From contig CAVYTA010000007.1 of the NCBI GenBank assembly GCA_963771355.1, forward strand, positions 282,423-346,422: a stretch of 64,000 bases of DNA, written 5' to 3'. How positions within the stretch are numbered: the stretch's first letter is position 1; the number at the start of each line of letters is the position of its first letter. A program made the position numbers and the translations under genes. This stretch comes from an uncultured Candidatus Rokubacteria bacterium (GTDB taxonomy: Bacteria; Methylomirabilota; Methylomirabilia; Rokubacteriales; CSP1-6). The notes under the pieces are model-generated. The model made no database searches and was not told the origin of the DNA. It saw only the letters and a list, made by a program, of their open reading frames with translations. Positions 16,074 through 25,027 of this stretch are shown piece after piece.

Positions 16074-18181
16074 TGACCCGCCCGACCCCGCCGTCCCCGT
16101 GTGCGCTCGCCGGCCAGCGGGGCAGCGTCATCCTGATCAGCATCGTGCTCGTCTTCGTGATGACCCTGCTCGGCCTTGCGCTCTTCGAGCTGGGCGCGAT
16201 CGAGAACCGCATGTCGCTCTCCAGCGCCGCCGACGCGCGCGCGTTCGAGGTGGCGCAGGGGGGGATCGAGCGGGCCCTCCGCGAGCTCCAGGATGGCTTC
16301 GACGCTGACACCCAGGGGAGCGAGAGCTGGGCCGACAACGACGGCGTGCGGGCCCCCATCTGCTCCGCGTCCTGCGTCACCGGGGCGTATCGGCCGATGA
16401 CCCTCGCCAATACCAGCTTCCCCGGCGGAGGCAGCTACGCCGTTGAGATCATGCTGGTGACGGTGGCGCAGGCCAACGCGACCTCGCCGTATCCGATCGG
16501 CCTCAGCTGCTTCAGCAACGCGGCCAATGTCTGCACGAACCTCGTCTTCGTCCGCAGCACGGGAACGGTGACGGACAGCCCGGCGGGGGGCGCCACCTCG
16601 CCCGCGCCGGCCGGCTATACCGCGGTGAAGACGCTCCAGGTGCTGGCCCGGGCCTATGCGCCGTCCGTGTTCGCCAATGGCGTCGTGGCCGGCACGCCCT
16701 CCGCGCTCCAGCCGGTGAACGGTAATGTCCTCATCTCGGGCTCGGCGCAGATTCTCGGCGCCCCCGTGGGGGCCCTGTCCGCCATCAACTGGAACGGCGT
16801 GAACGCCGGCTTGCGAAATGATCTGAGCAATCTGATCGCCGACGCTCAGATCCTTCGCCGGCTGCCCGCCCAGCAAGCCGTTTGCGCGCCTACCGCCGTG
16901 CCGTGCGCCGTGCCGAACGTGTACTCGCTCGGGGCCGGGGCCCAGGTGGCCCGCCCGACCGGCATCGCCGCGATCACCCTCGCGGGCGGGGCCGCCATCG
17001 GCGGGGCCGCCGGCGCCGCCTACGCTACCGGCGGCAGCACGCCCGGCTCGCTCGCGGGCAAGGGGCCGCTCGATTCCATCTTCGTCGCCGATGGCTGCCA
17101 GAACAGCACGTGCGCCGATAGCTACGCGGTCACTGCCCCCTCGCAGCTTCCGATCGTCGACATGGGGGCCATCGGCCGCGCGTATCCCGAGAACCCGGTG
17201 GCGCCGTTCCCCACGCTGACGAGCCCGGTGCGCATCGCCGGCGTCACTTACGGGACCGGGCTCCAGAACTACTTCTCGACACGCGCGGCCAACATGACGG
17301 CCATGCTGTCCGCCAACGACATGCCCGGAACCGTTGGCGGTCTTACCTCGAGTACCAGCAACTGCTCCAATTCGGCGTGCAGTCCCATCACCGGCTTCAC
17401 GAACAAAGATGGCGCGGCACGGCTGGGGCGGATCTGCTGGACTCGCAATTCGGGGACCCTCACCTTCGGCGTGTCCACCGCCGGCGATCCCTGCAACTCG
17501 CCCGCTACCGCGGCCGACCCGCTGCTGGTCTACAACACCAGCGCGAACGGCTGGCGAATCGATCGAGGAGCCTTCTCCCGGTCCGACACCACCTGTCCAG
17601 GGACGCAGATCTGCTACACCGGCGTTGCGATCATCTACAATGCCAACTCGGTGTCGATCGAGGAGACGGTGACGAGCCTCTGCGGCGTCGCCAATTCGAA
17701 CTGCACCGCCGGGAACGAGAAGTTTCCGACCAACGATCTCATGGCGCTCCTCACGCCCGGCAATGTCAGCGTGGCCGCGACGACGACCAATGTCGTCGCG
17801 CGCGTGATGGCCATGCTCTACGCGGGGACGGACTTCGTCTCGCGCTCGGTGGTGCCGGCGACCCCCACGCGTATCGTGGGCGGCGTGGCAGCCAGTCGCT
17901 TCTGTTTCGGTGGCGGGGGGGCCTGCCCCGGCGGTACCTCGAACGCCCCCGAGATCTACCAGGCGCCACTGAACGGCTCGTCGTTGAACGCGACCCCGCC
18001 GGTGGCCCATGACGCACGTGGGCTGCCCAATGAGCTCCTCGCCCTAGCGCCGTCGCTCAATGGTCAGGCGCCGAAGCACTGGCGGGTGGAAAGCGTGCCC
18101 CGCCTGTGGCTCGAGTGCCGGCCCATCGCGCCCTCGGCGACCCTGCCCACCACGCCCACCGGCGCCTGCGGCTACAACTAG
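16073..18181 (+). CDS. PilX-N-domain protein with a large Cys-rich C-terminal region (PilX/PilY1-like tip-adhesin candidate)
   Basis: ATG 16073 overlaps the previous stop. N-terminus QRGSVILISIVLVFVMTLLGLALFELGAIENRMSLSSAADARAFEVAQGGIERAL matches the PilX_N pattern. 702 aa with more than 20 Cys in paired clusters. Confidence 0.6.
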   Translation: MTRPTPPSPCALAGQRGSVILISIVLVFVMTLLGLALFELGAIENRMSLSSAADARAFEVAQGGIERALRELQDGFDADTQGSESWADNDGVRAPICSASCVTGAYRPMTLANTSFPGGGSYAVEIMLVTVAQANATSPYPIGLSCFSNAANVCTNLVFVRSTGTVTDSPAGGATSPAPAGYTAVKTLQVLARAYAPSVFANGVVAGTPSALQPVNGNVLISGSAQILGAPVGALSAINWNGVNAGLRNDLSNLIADAQILRRLPAQQAVCAPTAVPCAVPNVYSLGAGAQVARPTGIAAITLAGGAAIGGAAGAAYATGGSTPGSLAGKGPLDSIFVADGCQNSTCADSYAVTAPSQLPIVDMGAIGRAYPENPVAPFPTLTSPVRIAGVTYGTGLQNYFSTRAANMTAMLSANDMPGTVGGLTSSTSNCSNSACSPITGFTNKDGAARLGRICWTRNSGTLTFGVSTAGDPCNSPATAADPLLVYNTSANGWRIDRGAFSRSDTTCPGTQICYTGVAIIYNANSVSIEETVTSLCGVANSNCTAGNEKFPTNDLMALLTPGNVSVAATTTNVVARVMAMLYAGTDFVSRSVVPATPTRIVGGVAASRFCFGGGGACPGGTSNAPEIYQAPLNGSSLNATPPVAHDARGLPNELLALAPSLNGQAPKHWRVESVPRLWLECRPIAPSATLPTTPTGACGYN

Positions 18182-18188
18182 CCGCTCG

Positions 18189-18211
18189 GGAGCCCGTCCG
18201 CTCCGGTTTTT
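18189..18211 (+). terminator. Weak rho-independent terminator candidate (GGAGC-loop-GCTCC followed by GGTTTTT)
   Basis: 5-bp stem, 6-nt loop, T5 run, starting 8 nt after the PilX-like gene stop. This is the only T5 run I saw in the window. Coordinates are +/-1. Confidence 0.3.
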
Positions 18212-18298
18212 CCTTGGGAGTCCGCAGTTTACGTTGATATCATCGGTCACCTTGGTACCGCTGTCTCCGCCGACGCTAAACGTCTGTCCCGAGATCCC

Positions 18299-19330
18299 AT
18301 GACCCCCAATTTCCTTCGCCGGCACCGGGTGGTGGGGCTGGACGTCGGCCACGGGTCCGTCAAGGCGCTGGCGCTGGAGCGTCGAGGCTCCCAAGAGATC
18401 GTGGTGGGGCGTGGGCTGACCCGGCTGGAGGGCAATCCCGACTCGCGACAGGTCGGGCAGGCCATCCACGCGGCACTTGCCGCCGCGGGGGCGGACGGCC
18501 AGCCGGTGATCGCGGCCGTGGGTGGTCCCGAGGTGGTCATCCGCCAGGTGTCGCTGCCGCCGGTGCCGCTCGCCCGCATCCTCCCCGCGCTGGAGATCCA
18601 GCACCGCGAGCTCGGCCTGCTCCCGCCCGCCGAGTCCGTGATGGACGCCCAGGTGCTCCGCCGCGCCAAGGATGGCGTCACGTCCGAGATCCTCGCCATC
18701 TGCGCGCCGCGCGTCCTGGTCGACGAGCGTACGAAGCTCCTCCAGCAGGCGGGCGTGAGGCTCCAGACGCTCGACGTGGAGCCGCTCGCGCTGCTGAACG
18801 CGGCGATCTACATCACCCAGCTCGAGCCGGGCGAGCTCCTGGTCCTGCTCAATGTCGGCCGACGGTCGTCCTCGCTCTGTCTCTTCAGCGAGCAGGGGCC
18901 GGTGGTCTCGCGCTACCTCGACATCGGCGCCGAGGCCTTCTTCGAGCAGCTGCGCGGTCCCGGCGGAGGAGCGGTCTACTCCCCCGAGGCGATGGCGCGG
19001 GCGCTGGCGCCCAGCGAGCTGGAGGGAGCCCAGTTCGCCTGCCGCGATCTCGTCGATCGCATCGCCGAGGACATCCGCCTCTCGCTGACGTTCTACCGGA
19101 CCGAGTACGACCGCGAGAGCCTGCCCCGCTACGCCATCGGCGGGTGGACGGAGCTGCCCCCCCTGGGCCGCTGGCTCGCGCAGCGAATCGGGCTCAACGC
19201 GCCGCTCGAGGTGATGGACCCGTTCAGGGCGGTGGAGGTGAAGATCACGCCGGCGGCGCCGGCGCGGGAGACCGGTGACACCGGCCCCCAGTACCTCCAG
19301 GCCTTCGGGCTCGCATTGAGGGGCCTGTGA
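18299..19330 (+). CDS. pilM: Type IV pilus assembly protein PilM (actin-like ATPase fold)
   Basis: 343 aa. VVGLDVGHGSVKALAL N-terminal actin-fold motif. Position is immediately upstream of the pilN/O/P/Q-like genes. Confidence 0.8.
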   Translation: MTPNFLRRHRVVGLDVGHGSVKALALERRGSQEIVVGRGLTRLEGNPDSRQVGQAIHAALAAAGADGQPVIAAVGGPEVVIRQVSLPPVPLARILPALEIQHRELGLLPPAESVMDAQVLRRAKDGVTSEILAICAPRVLVDERTKLLQQAGVRLQTLDVEPLALLNAAIYITQLEPGELLVLLNVGRRSSSLCLFSEQGPVVSRYLDIGAEAFFEQLRGPGGGAVYSPEAMARALAPSELEGAQFACRDLVDRIAEDIRLSLTFYRTEYDRESLPRYAIGGWTELPPLGRWLAQRIGLNAPLEVMDPFRAVEVKITPAAPARETGDTGPQYLQAFGLALRGL

Positions 19331-19962
19331 CTCGCCGCTTCAGCATCGACCTCATTCATCCCGGCCAGCTCTCCCTGACCTGGCAGGAATGGTTCGTCGG
19401 CAATCAGGGCGCGCGGCGCCTGGCGGCGGTCGCCCTCGCCGGCATCCTCGTGCTGGTGCTCATCATGGTCGGCGGCATCCTGCCGACCTACTGGCGCCTG
19501 TCGTCGGATCTCAACGCCATCCCGCGCCTCCAGAAGGACCTGGCGGCGTCGGAGGGCGACCTCAATGTCCTGCGGACCAACCTGCAGGCTCTCACGCTGG
19601 AGGCGCGGCGCCAGGTGCGCTGGGCCGGGCTCCTGGGCGCCCTCAGCCAGCACATTCCGCCCACCATACGCCTGCAGACGGTGGAGGCGTCGCGGCCCGC
19701 GCCGGCGGCGGGCGCCGCTCAGCCGCCCCCGGACGCGAAGGCGGAGGGCGTGCTGCGCATCGAGTCGGTCACGCCGGTGCGCTCGGGCAGCCAGCCGCTC
19801 CTGGAGGTGGCGCAGTTCATGGCCGGGCTCATGCGCGATCCCGCCGTGAATAAGCGGTTCCAGCTCAAGAGCTGGGACATCAAGCCGCCCGGCGGCGGGA
19901 GCGCGGAAGACGAGACCCAGTACCTCAACATCACCATCCTGCTCTCGGAGCGCGCCCAGTGA
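19327..19962 (+). CDS. pilN: PilN-like bitopic inner-membrane protein
   Basis: GTG overlaps the pilM stop (GTGA). Single TM LAAVALAGILVLVLIMVGGIL followed by a coiled-coil region. 211 aa. Confidence 0.6.
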   Translation: MTRRFSIDLIHPGQLSLTWQEWFVGNQGARRLAAVALAGILVLVLIMVGGILPTYWRLSSDLNAIPRLQKDLAASEGDLNVLRTNLQALTLEARRQVRWAGLLGALSQHIPPTIRLQTVEASRPAPAAGAAQPPPDAKAEGVLRIESVTPVRSGSQPLLEVAQFMAGLMRDPAVNKRFQLKSWDIKPPGGGSAEDETQYLNITILLSERAQ

Positions 19963-20630
19963 GAGGCCGCCCGCTCGCCCTCGCCTGGGTCGCGCTGGCG
20001 GTCGTCCTCGTGGTCCTCATCGGGGTGGCGCTCACGCAGTGGCGCTCGCTGGCCAGCCGCGGCCAGCGCGCATCGACCGAGCGGGTCCTCCTCGCCAATG
20101 AGATCCGGGCGAAGGAAGACCAGATCGTCACCTTGATGCGCGCCAACGTGGGATTGCTCCAGGAGATGCAGTGGACGTCGGCGGGCGGCGACCCGGCCGC
20201 CTTTCTCACCCGGCTGGCCGACCTCGCGCGCGAGAAGCGCATGAAGGTGATCGGCATCGGTCCCCTCGAGCGGTCCGCCACCGCGCAGTTCAACAAGTCG
20301 TGGCACACCATCCAGGTCGTGGGCCCCTACCGCGAGCTGCGCGACCTCGCCGGGCGCGTGGAGACGGAGAAGGGCATCCTCGAGGACGTCACGGTGACGG
20401 CGATCAAGGATGGAGGCCGCCTGGGCGCGTCGCGGGCGGACGAGATCGAGGCTCGCTTCAAGATGACCGCGCTCGAGCTGACGCCGGACGCGCGCAAGGT
20501 GTTCGAGCGCGCGATGGCGGCGAGTGGCGGGGCGGCCGCGGGCGCGACCGCCCCGTCGCTGGCGCTGCCCCTGCCGGCGGCGCCGGCGGAGGTCGGGAGC
20601 GATGCGCGCGATCCCTTCGCCATGACTACG
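19959..20630 (+). CDS. pilO: PilO-like protein; the reading frame continues without a stop (see finding)
   Basis: GTG overlaps the pilN stop. TM LALAWVALAVVLVVLIGVAL. PilO-like core ...WHTIQVVGPYRELRDLAGRVE.... The frame then runs into a Pro/Ala linker containing an RDPF motif (about 20607-20618). No in-frame stop occurs before pilQ, so the 3-prime end is undefined. Confidence 0.55.
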
Positions 20631-20730
20631 GCGATGCGCCGTCCGGCGCCGCCGGCAGGGGGCCGCCCGGCCGGCCGGCCCCTCCGCGGCCGGCCCCTCT
20701 CCGGCGGGGCCGGCCAGCGAGCCGCGCCCG

Positions 20731-20943
20731 GTGGGGTTCGAGCTGAAGGGGATCGTGGCCTTTCCCGGCGGCTATCTCGCCATCGTGAACAATCAGATCG
20801 TCAAGACCGGCGACACGGTCCTGGGCCACCGCGTCGAGCGGATCGCCGAGGACATGGTCGTCTTTCGCGAACCGGGCGGCGGCACCCGACAGGTGACCCT
20901 TCCCGGCCTGACCGAGGGGCCCCCCGGCGGGCCGAGGAGGTGA
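20731..20943 (+). CDS. pilP: PilP C-terminal beta-domain (in +1 frame relative to pilO; no own signal peptide)
   Basis: 70 aa from GTG: GFELKGIVAFPGGYLAIVNNQIVKTGDTVLGHRVERIAEDMVVFREPGG matches the PilP beta-sandwich pattern. An upstream stop in this frame lies at about 20623. Confidence 0.5.
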   Translation: MGFELKGIVAFPGGYLAIVNNQIVKTGDTVLGHRVERIAEDMVVFREPGGGTRQVTLPGLTEGPPGGPRR

Positions 20944-20951
20944 GGGACGCC

Positions 20952-22631
20952 ATGCAGGTCCGCATCCGTCGACTGGTGGGATTGCTCGTTCTCGCCCTGC
21001 TGGCGCTGCCCGCCGCCGCCCTCGCCCAGGGGCCGTGCGCCGATCGGCTGCCGACCGAGCGCATCACGCTCAACCTGCGCGATGCCAACGTCCAGACCAC
21101 GCTGCGCCTCCTCGCCCAGCAGTACCGCGTCAACATGGTCGTCACCGACGAGGTGAAGGGCACCATCACGCTCGACTTCTACCAGGTGCCCGCGCGTGAC
21201 ATCTTCCAGGTGGTGATCGACGCCGCCAATCTCCAGTGCGTGGAGGTCGGCGGCGTGCTGCGCGTGTCGAGCTTCTCCCGCCTCCGCGCGGAGGACGAGG
21301 AGCGGCGTAACGCGGCCGCGGAGCGCGGGCGGCGAGAGGCGGAGGCGGCCAAGAAGCAGGTGGAGGCCGACCGCGACCGGGACGACTTCGAGAAGGTGAA
21401 GGCGCGCGGCGCGGTCAAGGAGAAAACTATCCGCCTCTCCTACGCGAATGCGGAGGAGGTGGCCAAGACCATCCTCGGCATCCTCGGCCTGCCGCCGGAA
21501 GGTGCGCTGCCGCCCGCGGCGCCCATTCCCGGCGCGTACCTGCCGCCGCCCCCCATCAATATCCCGTCCACGCCGCCGCCCCCGCCCACCTCGCCCTTCG
21601 CGTCCACCGCCCTGGTCTCGCTCCCGGCCGAGGCCCTGGCCAAGGGGCTCACCGTGCGGGCCTACAAGCCCACCAATTCGGTGTTCATCCGCTACTACGA
21701 GCACGACCTCGAGCGGATCGAGAAGCTGATCAAGGAGCAGCTCGACATCCCGCTGCCCCAGGTGCAGATCGCCGCCACCATGGTCATCACCACCCAGAAC
21801 GCGCTGGAGCAGCTGGGCGTGCAATGGGGCGGCGCGGCCATCGGGAAGACGGCCGACGGCCGGGGACCCGCGGTGGTGGGCTCCGGCTTCGCCACCCCGC
21901 GCACCACCGGGACCGCGGGAACCGGCGTGGTGAACGGCCCCTTCAGCCCCAACACCAACTTCACCGGCTCCGATCTCCTGCCGGTGGCGCCCTCCACCGG
22001 GCTGCCCCTCGGCCAGAACCTCGTCAACCTCCCCACCTCGTTCCTGCCCACCCTGGCCAACCCCGCGATGGGAGTGCTCTTCGGCCTGGTGGGCGCGAAC
22101 TACAACGTGAGCCTCGCCATCCAGGCCCTCGAGCTGCAGGGGAAGGCCCGGAAGATCTCGGAGCCCAAGATCGTCACGGTGGAGAACGCCACCGCCGAGA
22201 TCTCCCGCGGATTCGAGGTGCCGTTCACGAGCTCCCCCACCGCGGACGTCTCCAACGTGCAGTTCAAGGACGCCCTGCTGCGATTGCAGGTGACGCCCAA
22301 CGTGATCTACGCCGACGGCGTGACCAAGATCCGCATGAAGATCCTCGTGGAGAACAACGAGCCGGACTTCACGCGGTCCATCAGCGGCAACCCGCCCATC
22401 TTCAAGCGGCGGACCGAGACGGAGGTGGTGGTGCAGGAGGGCGAGAAGCTGGTGATCGGCGGCGTCATGCTCGACAACTCGTCCAAGACCATCCGCAGCG
22501 TGCCGGTGCTGAGCAGGATCCCCATTTTCGGCTGGCTGTTCAAGTCCCGCGAGCTCAACTCCGACGGCGAGGAGCTGGTGGTCGTGCTGACGCCTTCGGT
22601 GGTCTCCTCCGGCCAGACGGCGGGGAGGTAG
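20952..22631 (+). CDS. pilQ: Type IV pilus secretin PilQ
   Basis: ATG 20952 sits 6 nt after GGAGGTGA. Signal peptide LVGLLVLALLALPAAALAQG. Secretin signature ...VPVLSRIPIFGWLFKSRELNSDGEELVVVLTP. 559 aa. Confidence 0.85.
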   Translation: MQVRIRRLVGLLVLALLALPAAALAQGPCADRLPTERITLNLRDANVQTTLRLLAQQYRVNMVVTDEVKGTITLDFYQVPARDIFQVVIDAANLQCVEVGGVLRVSSFSRLRAEDEERRNAAAERGRREAEAAKKQVEADRDRDDFEKVKARGAVKEKTIRLSYANAEEVAKTILGILGLPPEGALPPAAPIPGAYLPPPPINIPSTPPPPPTSPFASTALVSLPAEALAKGLTVRAYKPTNSVFIRYYEHDLERIEKLIKEQLDIPLPQVQIAATMVITTQNALEQLGVQWGGAAIGKTADGRGPAVVGSGFATPRTTGTAGTGVVNGPFSPNTNFTGSDLLPVAPSTGLPLGQNLVNLPTSFLPTLANPAMGVLFGLVGANYNVSLAIQALELQGKARKISEPKIVTVENATAEISRGFEVPFTSSPTADVSNVQFKDALLRLQVTPNVIYADGVTKIRMKILVENNEPDFTRSISGNPPIFKRRTETEVVVQEGEKLVIGGVMLDNSSKTIRSVPVLSRIPIFGWLFKSRELNSDGEELVVVLTPSVVSSGQTAGR

Positions 22632-22635
22632 CGCG

Positions 22636-24369
22636 ATGTACGAAGCCTTCTTCAGCCTCGACGACTCGCCCTTCGTCCTCACGCCCGATCCTCGGTTCCT
22701 GCTCCGCTCGAAGAGCCATCACGAGATCCTCTCCACCCTCCTCTACGGGATCACCAGCCAGAAGGGCCTGATCGCCCTCATCGGCGACGTGGGGACCGGG
22801 AAGACCACGCTGTGCCGGGCCCTGCTGCGCGAGCTGCCCGGCGAGGTGCAGAGCGCGCTGGTCCTCAACCCGCACCTCTCGGAGGCCGAGCTGGTGGGGA
22901 CCATCCTCGACGACCTCGGGATCGAGCGGCGCGGATCCACCAAGGGTGAGCTCATGACCACCCTGAACCAGCACCTCCTCGCCGCGGGGGCGGACGGCAA
23001 GACGGTGGTGGTCGTCCTCGACGAGGCCCAGCAGATGACCGACGAGGCCCTCGAGCAGATCCGCATCCTCTCCACGCTGGAGACGGCCACCCGCAAGCTG
23101 CTCCAGATCGTGCTCGCCGGGCAACCGGAGCTGGAGGAAAAGCTCCAGCGTCGCGAGCTGCGGCAGCTCGACCAGCGGATCGGCATCCGCTGCTACCTCG
23201 AGCCCCTGAGCCGGAAGGATACGTATCGCTACATCGAGCACCGGCTGCGCGTCGCCGGACTCCCCGGCTCGGTGCCCTTCACCCGCGCGGCGATGGCGCG
23301 CATCTTCCACTACAGCGGGGGCGTGCCCCGCGTCATCAACCTCGTGTGCGACCGGGCCCTCATGGCCGCCTTCGGCGCGCGCGCGCGCGAGATCACGCCG
23401 GCCATGGTGCGTACGGCGGCGCGGAACCTGGAGGGGCGGAGCGGGGGGCGGCGACGACGGGCCCGCGTTCCCCAGCGGCCCATCCTTCGCCGGCTCGCGA
23501 CGGCGGCGGGGCTCACCGGGCTCGTGGTCCTGGGCGGTGCGGCGGCCGGCTCGCAGCTCTCGGGCTGGACCCTGCCGTCGCTGCGGCTGGGCGCCGCCGA
23601 CTCCACGGCGTCGGCGCCGCCGTCCCCGTCCGCTCCCGTCGCGCTCGCCGCGCTGGTGCCGGTGACGACCGCACCCGCAGCTCCCCTCCTGCCCGCGTCC
23701 CCGGTACCGGTCTCGCCGCCGGAGGCGACGTCACCGGCGGAGCCGGCGCGGAGCCTCCTCGCGCGGCTGCTGCGCCTCTGGGGCGTGAGCGACGAGCTCG
23801 GCGCGCCCGTCGTCGCCGCGTGGCCGGTGGACGCGGGCGGAGGGCCGGACATCGCGGCGGTGGCCGGGCGCTATCACCTCACCGCCACCGTGCTCCGCGA
23901 CGTCTCCGTGAGCGACCTGCGCGCGGTGGGCTTGCCCGCGATCGTCGAGCTCGGCGAGCGCGGCGCCGTGCGCCCGTATCTCGTACGCCGGCTCGAGCGG
24001 GACGCCGCCACCCTCATCGCCCCGACGGGTGAGGAGTCGCGAGTGCCCCTCGAGCGACTGGAGGCGGCGTGGACCCGCTCCGCCTGGGTGCTCTGGCGGA
24101 ACGTCGATCTGCTGCCCGTCGATCCCGCCGAGGCGATGTCGCCCACGGTGGTGGCCACGGTGGCGCTGCGCCTTGCCAAGCTCGGGCATCTCACGGGGGC
24201 GCTGTCCACCGTCCCCGATGGGCGCTTCCAGGCGGCGGTGCGCAGCTTCCAGCGCGCGGCCGGCCTCCAGGAGGATGGCGTGGTGGGGCCGCGCACGACC
24301 CTGGCCCTCGCCCGCGCCACCACGGCGCCGTTCGGGCCCAGTCTCATCGATCGCCGGCCATCCGGATGA
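22636..24369 (+). CDS. ExeA/GspA/MshM-like AAA ATPase with C-terminal peptidoglycan-binding domain
   Basis: Walker A GDVGTGKTT, Walker B VVVVLDEAQ. The C-terminus LAKLGHLTGALSTVPDGRFQAAVRSFQRAAGLQEDGVVGPRTTLAL fits PG_binding_1. A long Pro/Ala-rich linker separates the two domains. Confidence 0.75.
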   Translation: MYEAFFSLDDSPFVLTPDPRFLLRSKSHHEILSTLLYGITSQKGLIALIGDVGTGKTTLCRALLRELPGEVQSALVLNPHLSEAELVGTILDDLGIERRGSTKGELMTTLNQHLLAAGADGKTVVVVLDEAQQMTDEALEQIRILSTLETATRKLLQIVLAGQPELEEKLQRRELRQLDQRIGIRCYLEPLSRKDTYRYIEHRLRVAGLPGSVPFTRAAMARIFHYSGGVPRVINLVCDRALMAAFGARAREITPAMVRTAARNLEGRSGGRRRRARVPQRPILRRLATAAGLTGLVVLGGAAAGSQLSGWTLPSLRLGAADSTASAPPSPSAPVALAALVPVTTAPAAPLLPASPVPVSPPEATSPAEPARSLLARLLRLWGVSDELGAPVVAAWPVDAGGGPDIAAVAGRYHLTATVLRDVSVSDLRAVGLPAIVELGERGAVRPYLVRRLERDAATLIAPTGEESRVPLERLEAAWTRSAWVLWRNVDLLPVDPAEAMSPTVVATVALRLAKLGHLTGALSTVPDGRFQAAVRSFQRAAGLQEDGVVGPRTTLALARATTAPFGPSLIDRRPSG

Positions 24370-24379
24370 GGCGCCGCGC

Positions 24380-25027
24380 GTGAGCCGGCTCTTCGACAGG
24401 CTCGCCGGGCTCGACCGGGGCCGCGCGCGCCCGGCGGGAATGGGTAACCTCTCGATTCTAGAGCCGTCCCGGGGACGCAGAGGGTCATGGCGTCTGATCG
24501 GCTCTTTGGTTATCCTACTGTGTATGGTCGCCGTCCTGGCTGCGGTGTCGGCTCGCCTTCTGAACCCGGCGGCCGTACCGGCCAGCCCCGTCCCCCCCGC
24601 CCCCTCCGTGCCGGTCTCCGAAACCGAGAGCCCCGTGGAACCGCTGCGCGCCTCCGTCTCCCCGCTGCTCGCCCAGGGCCTCGAGGCAGCGCAGCGAGGC
24701 GAGCTGGCCGATGCCGAGGGCTATTTCCGCCGGGCGGTGGCGCAGGACGCGGGAGACGCGGAGGCGTGGAACAGCCTCGGGGTGGTGCTCGTTCGCCAGG
24801 GGGAGCAAGCGCAGGGGGTGGAGGCGCTGCGGAAGGCCCTGCGGATGCAGCCGTCGCACATCGAGGCGCATCGGAATCTCGGCGTGGCGCTCGATCGACA
24901 GGGCCGGGCGGGAGAGGCCGCGGAGCACTACCGCTTCTTCCTCTCGCTCACCACCGATGCCCATCCCGGCCGCGGCGACGTGCGCCGCCGGCTCCTCGAG
25001 CTGGGCTCGGTCCGCACCGGCGTATGA
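24380..25027 (+). CDS. TPR-repeat protein with N-terminal TM (MshN-like position)
   Basis: GTG 24380 (alternative ATG 24440). TM LIGSLVILLCMVAVLAAV. TPRs: AEGYFRRAVAQDAGDAEAWNSLGVVLVRQGE..., IEAHRNLGVALDRQGRAGEAAEHY. Confidence 0.55.
   Translation: MSRLFDRLAGLDRGRARPAGMGNLSILEPSRGRRGSWRLIGSLVILLCMVAVLAAVSARLLNPAAVPASPVPPAPSVPVSETESPVEPLRASVSPLLAQGLEAAQRGELADAEGYFRRAVAQDAGDAEAWNSLGVVLVRQGEQAQGVEALRKALRMQPSHIEAHRNLGVALDRQGRAGEAAEHYRFFLSLTTDAHPGRGDVRRRLLELGSVRTGV

Noticed and set aside
20171-20746. 191-aa ORF within pilO/pilP region
   Set aside because: Arg-rich nonsense. The PilO and PilP signals are in the other two frames.
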